Below, piece after piece: positions 60,364 through 64,000 of a DNA stretch of 64,000 nucleotides. This DNA comes from the human T2T-CHM13v2.0 reference genome, Homo sapiens. Under the pieces are notes generated by a model. The model was given only the letters and a program-made list of their open reading frames with translations, ran no database searches and was not told where the DNA came from. The number at the start of each line of letters is the position of its first letter. Within the stretch, counting starts at the first letter, position 1. The translations under genes and the position numbers were made by a program. Location: NCBI RefSeq assembly GCF_009914755.1, contig NC_060948.1; one strand, 5' to 3'.

Positions 60364-62630
60364 TTGGCCACTTTTTAATAGGGTTTTTTGTTTTTCTCTC
60401 GTAAATTTAAATTCCTTATATTGAATATTAGATCTTTGTCAGATACATAGTTTGTAAATATTTTTTCCTCATTCTATAGGTTGTCTGTTCACTCTATTGA
60501 TAATTTCTTTTGCTGAGCACAAGCTTTTAAGTTTAATTAGATCCCACTTGTCAATAGTTGTATTTGTTGTTTTTGGTGTCTTTATCATGAAATCTTTGTC
60601 TCTTTCTATGTCCAGGATGGTATTGTCTAGGTTGTCTTCCAGGGCTTTTATAGTTTTGGGTTTTACATTTAAGTATTTAATCCATCTTGAGTTGATTTTG
60701 GTGTATGGTATAAGGAAGAAGTCCAACTTCAATCAGCATATGGCTAGCCAGTTATCCCAGCACCATTTATTGAATAGGGAATCTTTTCCCCTTTGCTTGT
60801 TTTTGCCAGCTTTGTCAAAGCTTAGATAGTTGTAGGTATGTGGTCTTACCTCCAACCTCTCTATTCTGTTCCTCTGGTGTATGTGTCTGTTTTTGTACTA
60901 CTACCATGCTGTTTTGGTTACTATAGTGCTGTAGTATATTTTGAAGTCAGGTAATATGATGCCTCAAGCTTTGTTCTTTTTGCTTAGGATTGCCTTGGCT
61001 ACTTAGGTTCTTTCTTGGTTCTATATGAATTTTTAAATAGCTTTTTTCTACTTCTGTGAAGCATGTCATTGGTAGTTTAATAGGAATAGCTTTGGGCAGT
61101 ACACCATTTAAATGATATTAATTCTTTCTCTGCATTAACATGGAATGATTTTTCATTTATTTGTGTCTTCTCTGACTTCTCTGAGCAGTGTTTTGTAATT
61201 TTCATTGTAGAGATTTTTCACCACCCTTGTTAGCTGTATTCGTATGTACTTTATTCTTTTCATGGAATTTGTGAATAAAATTGCCTCTCTGATTTGGTTC
61301 TTAGCTTGGCTCTTCTTGGTGTATAGGAATGCTAGCAAGTTTTGTATATTGATTTTGTGTCCTGAAACTTTGTGAAAGTTGTTTATCAGCTTAAGGAGTT
61401 TTTGGGTCACAACTATAGGGTTTAGATGGAGAATTATGTTGTCTGCAAACAGAGGTAGTTGGACTTCTCTTTCTATTTAGATACCCTTTATTTCTTTCTC
61501 TTGTCTGATTGCTCCAGAAAGGACTTCTAATACTATGTTGAATAGCAGTGGTGAGAGAGGGCATCCTTGTCTTGTGCGGGTTTCAAGGAGGATGCTTCCA
61601 CATTTTGCCCATTTAGTATAATGTTGGCTGTGAGTTTGTCATAGGTGGCCTTTATTATTTTGAGATATGTTCCTTTGATACCTCATTTATTGAGAATTTT
61701 TAACATGAAGTTTTGTTGAATTTTACTGAAAGCTTTTTCTGCATCCGTTGAGACAATCACGTGGTTCTTATCTTTAGTTTTATTTATGTTATGAATCACA
61801 TTTTATTGATTTGCTCATGGTGGACCAACCTTCCATTCCAGGGAAGAAGCTTACTTCACTATGGTGAATTAGCCTTTTGATATGTTGCTAGATTCAGTTT
61901 GCAAGTATTTTGTTGTGGGTTATTGAATGGATATTCAGGAAGGATACTGGCCTGAAGTTTTCTTTTTTTGTTGTGTCACTGCCAGGCTTTGGTATCAGGA
62001 TGATTCTGGCCTCATAGAACAAGTTGGGGAAGACCCCCTCCTCCTCTATTTCTTGAAATAGTATCAGTAGGACTGGTTCTGGCTCTCCTTTGTACATCTG
62101 TTAAAATTTGTTAATCTACCAGGTCCTGGGCTTTTTCGGGGGGTTGGTAGGCTATTTATTACAGATTCAATTTTTGGAGCTCATAATTGGTCTATTCAGA
62201 GACTGAATTTCTTCCTGGTTCAGTCTTGAGGAGTATATGTGTCCAGGAATTTATTAATCTCTTCTAGGGTTTCTAGTTTGTGTGTATAGAGGTGCTCGTA
62301 GTAGTTGCTGGTTGTTATTTTTATTTCCCTGGGGTCAGTGGTAACATTCCCTTCATCATTTCTAATTTTGTTTATTTGAATCTTCTCTCTTTTCTTCTTT
62401 ATTAGTCTAGCTAGTGCCCTATCTATCTTATTAATTTTTTCAAAAAACCTTGATTAAGTGATCTCTTGAACAGTTTTTCATGTCTCAATTTCTTTCAATT
62501 CAGCTCTGGTTTTAGTTATTTCTTGTCTTCTATAAGCTTTGTGGTTGAGTTCTTCTTGTTTCTCTAATTCTTTCAGTTGTGGTGTTAGGTTGTTAATTTG
62601 AGATATTTCTAATTTTTTGATATGGGCATT
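60364..62630 (-). mobile_element. L1 (older L1PA/L1PB-like) ORF2 fragment, antisense
   Basis: Peptides [47 protein letters not shown] and [10 protein letters not shown]. Confidence 0.92.
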
Positions 62631-64000
62631 ACTTCTTATGCCCCACTCTAACTTTTGTCCTTCTAGAAAACTCAGAACTATGCCTTCTAAACCAATTGAA
62701 ACTTTCTCAGTGAATCAACCTGTTCTTCCTGAGGCAAAGTTAGCAATTTTCCGTTACACATGGTTCTTTCTCTGTAAGAATATCTAATGCAACAATGCAA
62801 GTGTTTCTTTCCCTCCTGGTAATGTGGGGAACTCCTTTTAGCTAAGACCAAGACTTAAAACCTTGTTCTTTCAACATTAATGAAGATCTATTTAGAAAGC
62901 CTCCATTTTTACAGAAAAGATATATAAACACCAATGAAAATGAATATGAAATTATATGACACAATTACATTGTGGAAAGACTGAATAAATAAGTGAACTA
63001 AGCTCTAAGAAAAAATATGATGATATAAAAAGATATAGAAGTAAAAACCTGGGCTGGTATAGCATAATTAATGTATCAGTAAAGTATGTACAGTGTAGAA
63101 GTGGCAGAAAGACAGCATAGAGAGTAAGACCTGACCAAAAGCTTTAAGAAAAGTTCTATACCCTTAAACGAGATTAAAGTGGACTCAGGAAAACATGGGA
63201 CACATGAGGGAAAGGACACATGCTCCAGATGGGCCAAAGCTCAGAGCATCTCTACCTTCTCCAGGAGGAAAGGGGAGGCAAAGCAGCAGGCAGAAGACAG
63301 CACAGCCAGGTCAGCACAGGGCGAAGCCAGGTGGGCTCCATCATACAGGTAGTGAGGAGCCACTGCCAGGTGGGCTTTATTCATTAGTTGGTTTTGTTTC
63401 CTTTAGTAACAAAGAGACATGATCAAAGTTGACCTTTGTAAGTGTTGCTGCAGCTGAACAAAAAGATGGATAAAACCAGTGTTTTAAAAATTATGTTGTA
63501 TACAGCACTAGCCTCAGTGAGTTATTAGTAGAACACACAGGTACACACATGCACACACATTCACACTGAGCCCAGATTATTCTGGCAAATTCTGGGTTAA
63601 GCTAACTAAAAGAAACATCTTTAGTTCTGGACTTCTCAGAACCTGGAATGCGGCTATATGACTCATAAAACAGCAAGGTTAAGACAGAGCATGTCATTTT
63701 TTCCAGAATTGTTGAAACATTTTCCTTCCCTTGGCATCAGTGTCACCTTCTTTCTCCTGGTTCTCCATCAACCTCTTTGGCTGCTCCTTCTTGATTTCCT
63801 TTTTCACGATCTGCTGCTGCTCAGCCATTCTCTTTTCATTCCCCATGGATTTCTCAAGTGTGTTTCTATTCCTGCATTTTAAACTTTCCTTGTTTTTCCT
63901 GACACTTCTCCTTGTCTGACCCTCCCCTGTTCTAAGGCAGGTGTTCCATCTGTGTGTGCTTTTGGCATCCTGGGATGCTCCCAGCATGTTCCCTGACACA

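Overview
Primate (human/great-ape-like) Y-chromosome pericentromeric sequence with no intact protein-coding gene; all family assignments are by recalled consensus, not database search. 1-36 kb is ampliconic: a probable RBMY non-coding first exon (-), three pieces of a diverged TSPY paralogue (+), a six-exon TSPY pseudogene (-), a HERV-H-type provirus with a tRNA-Phe-like primer site, solo LTR27-like and LTR14C LTRs, Alus and L1s. 35.9-52.9 kb is divergent alpha satellite that switches strand at ~45,620. It is followed by a compact junction (L1 5' end, D4Z4-like fragment), a fossil tandem array of three 5S rDNA units with spacers (one carrying a solo LTR2), and antisense L1s. This order fits my recollection of the Yp11.2 RBMY2-pseudogene/TSPY5P/RNA5SP518-519 region (unverified). 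The best leads are (1) one promoter/paralogue module placed head-to-head with both RBMY and TSPY, (2) the diverged TSPY paralogue itself, (3) Alu-less 5S rDNA units, one with a perfect D-box, (4) a mirror-image block around the alpha-satellite inversion and (5) the Phe-primed HERV-H. These are evolutionary and regulatory leads; I found no clearly new functional system.
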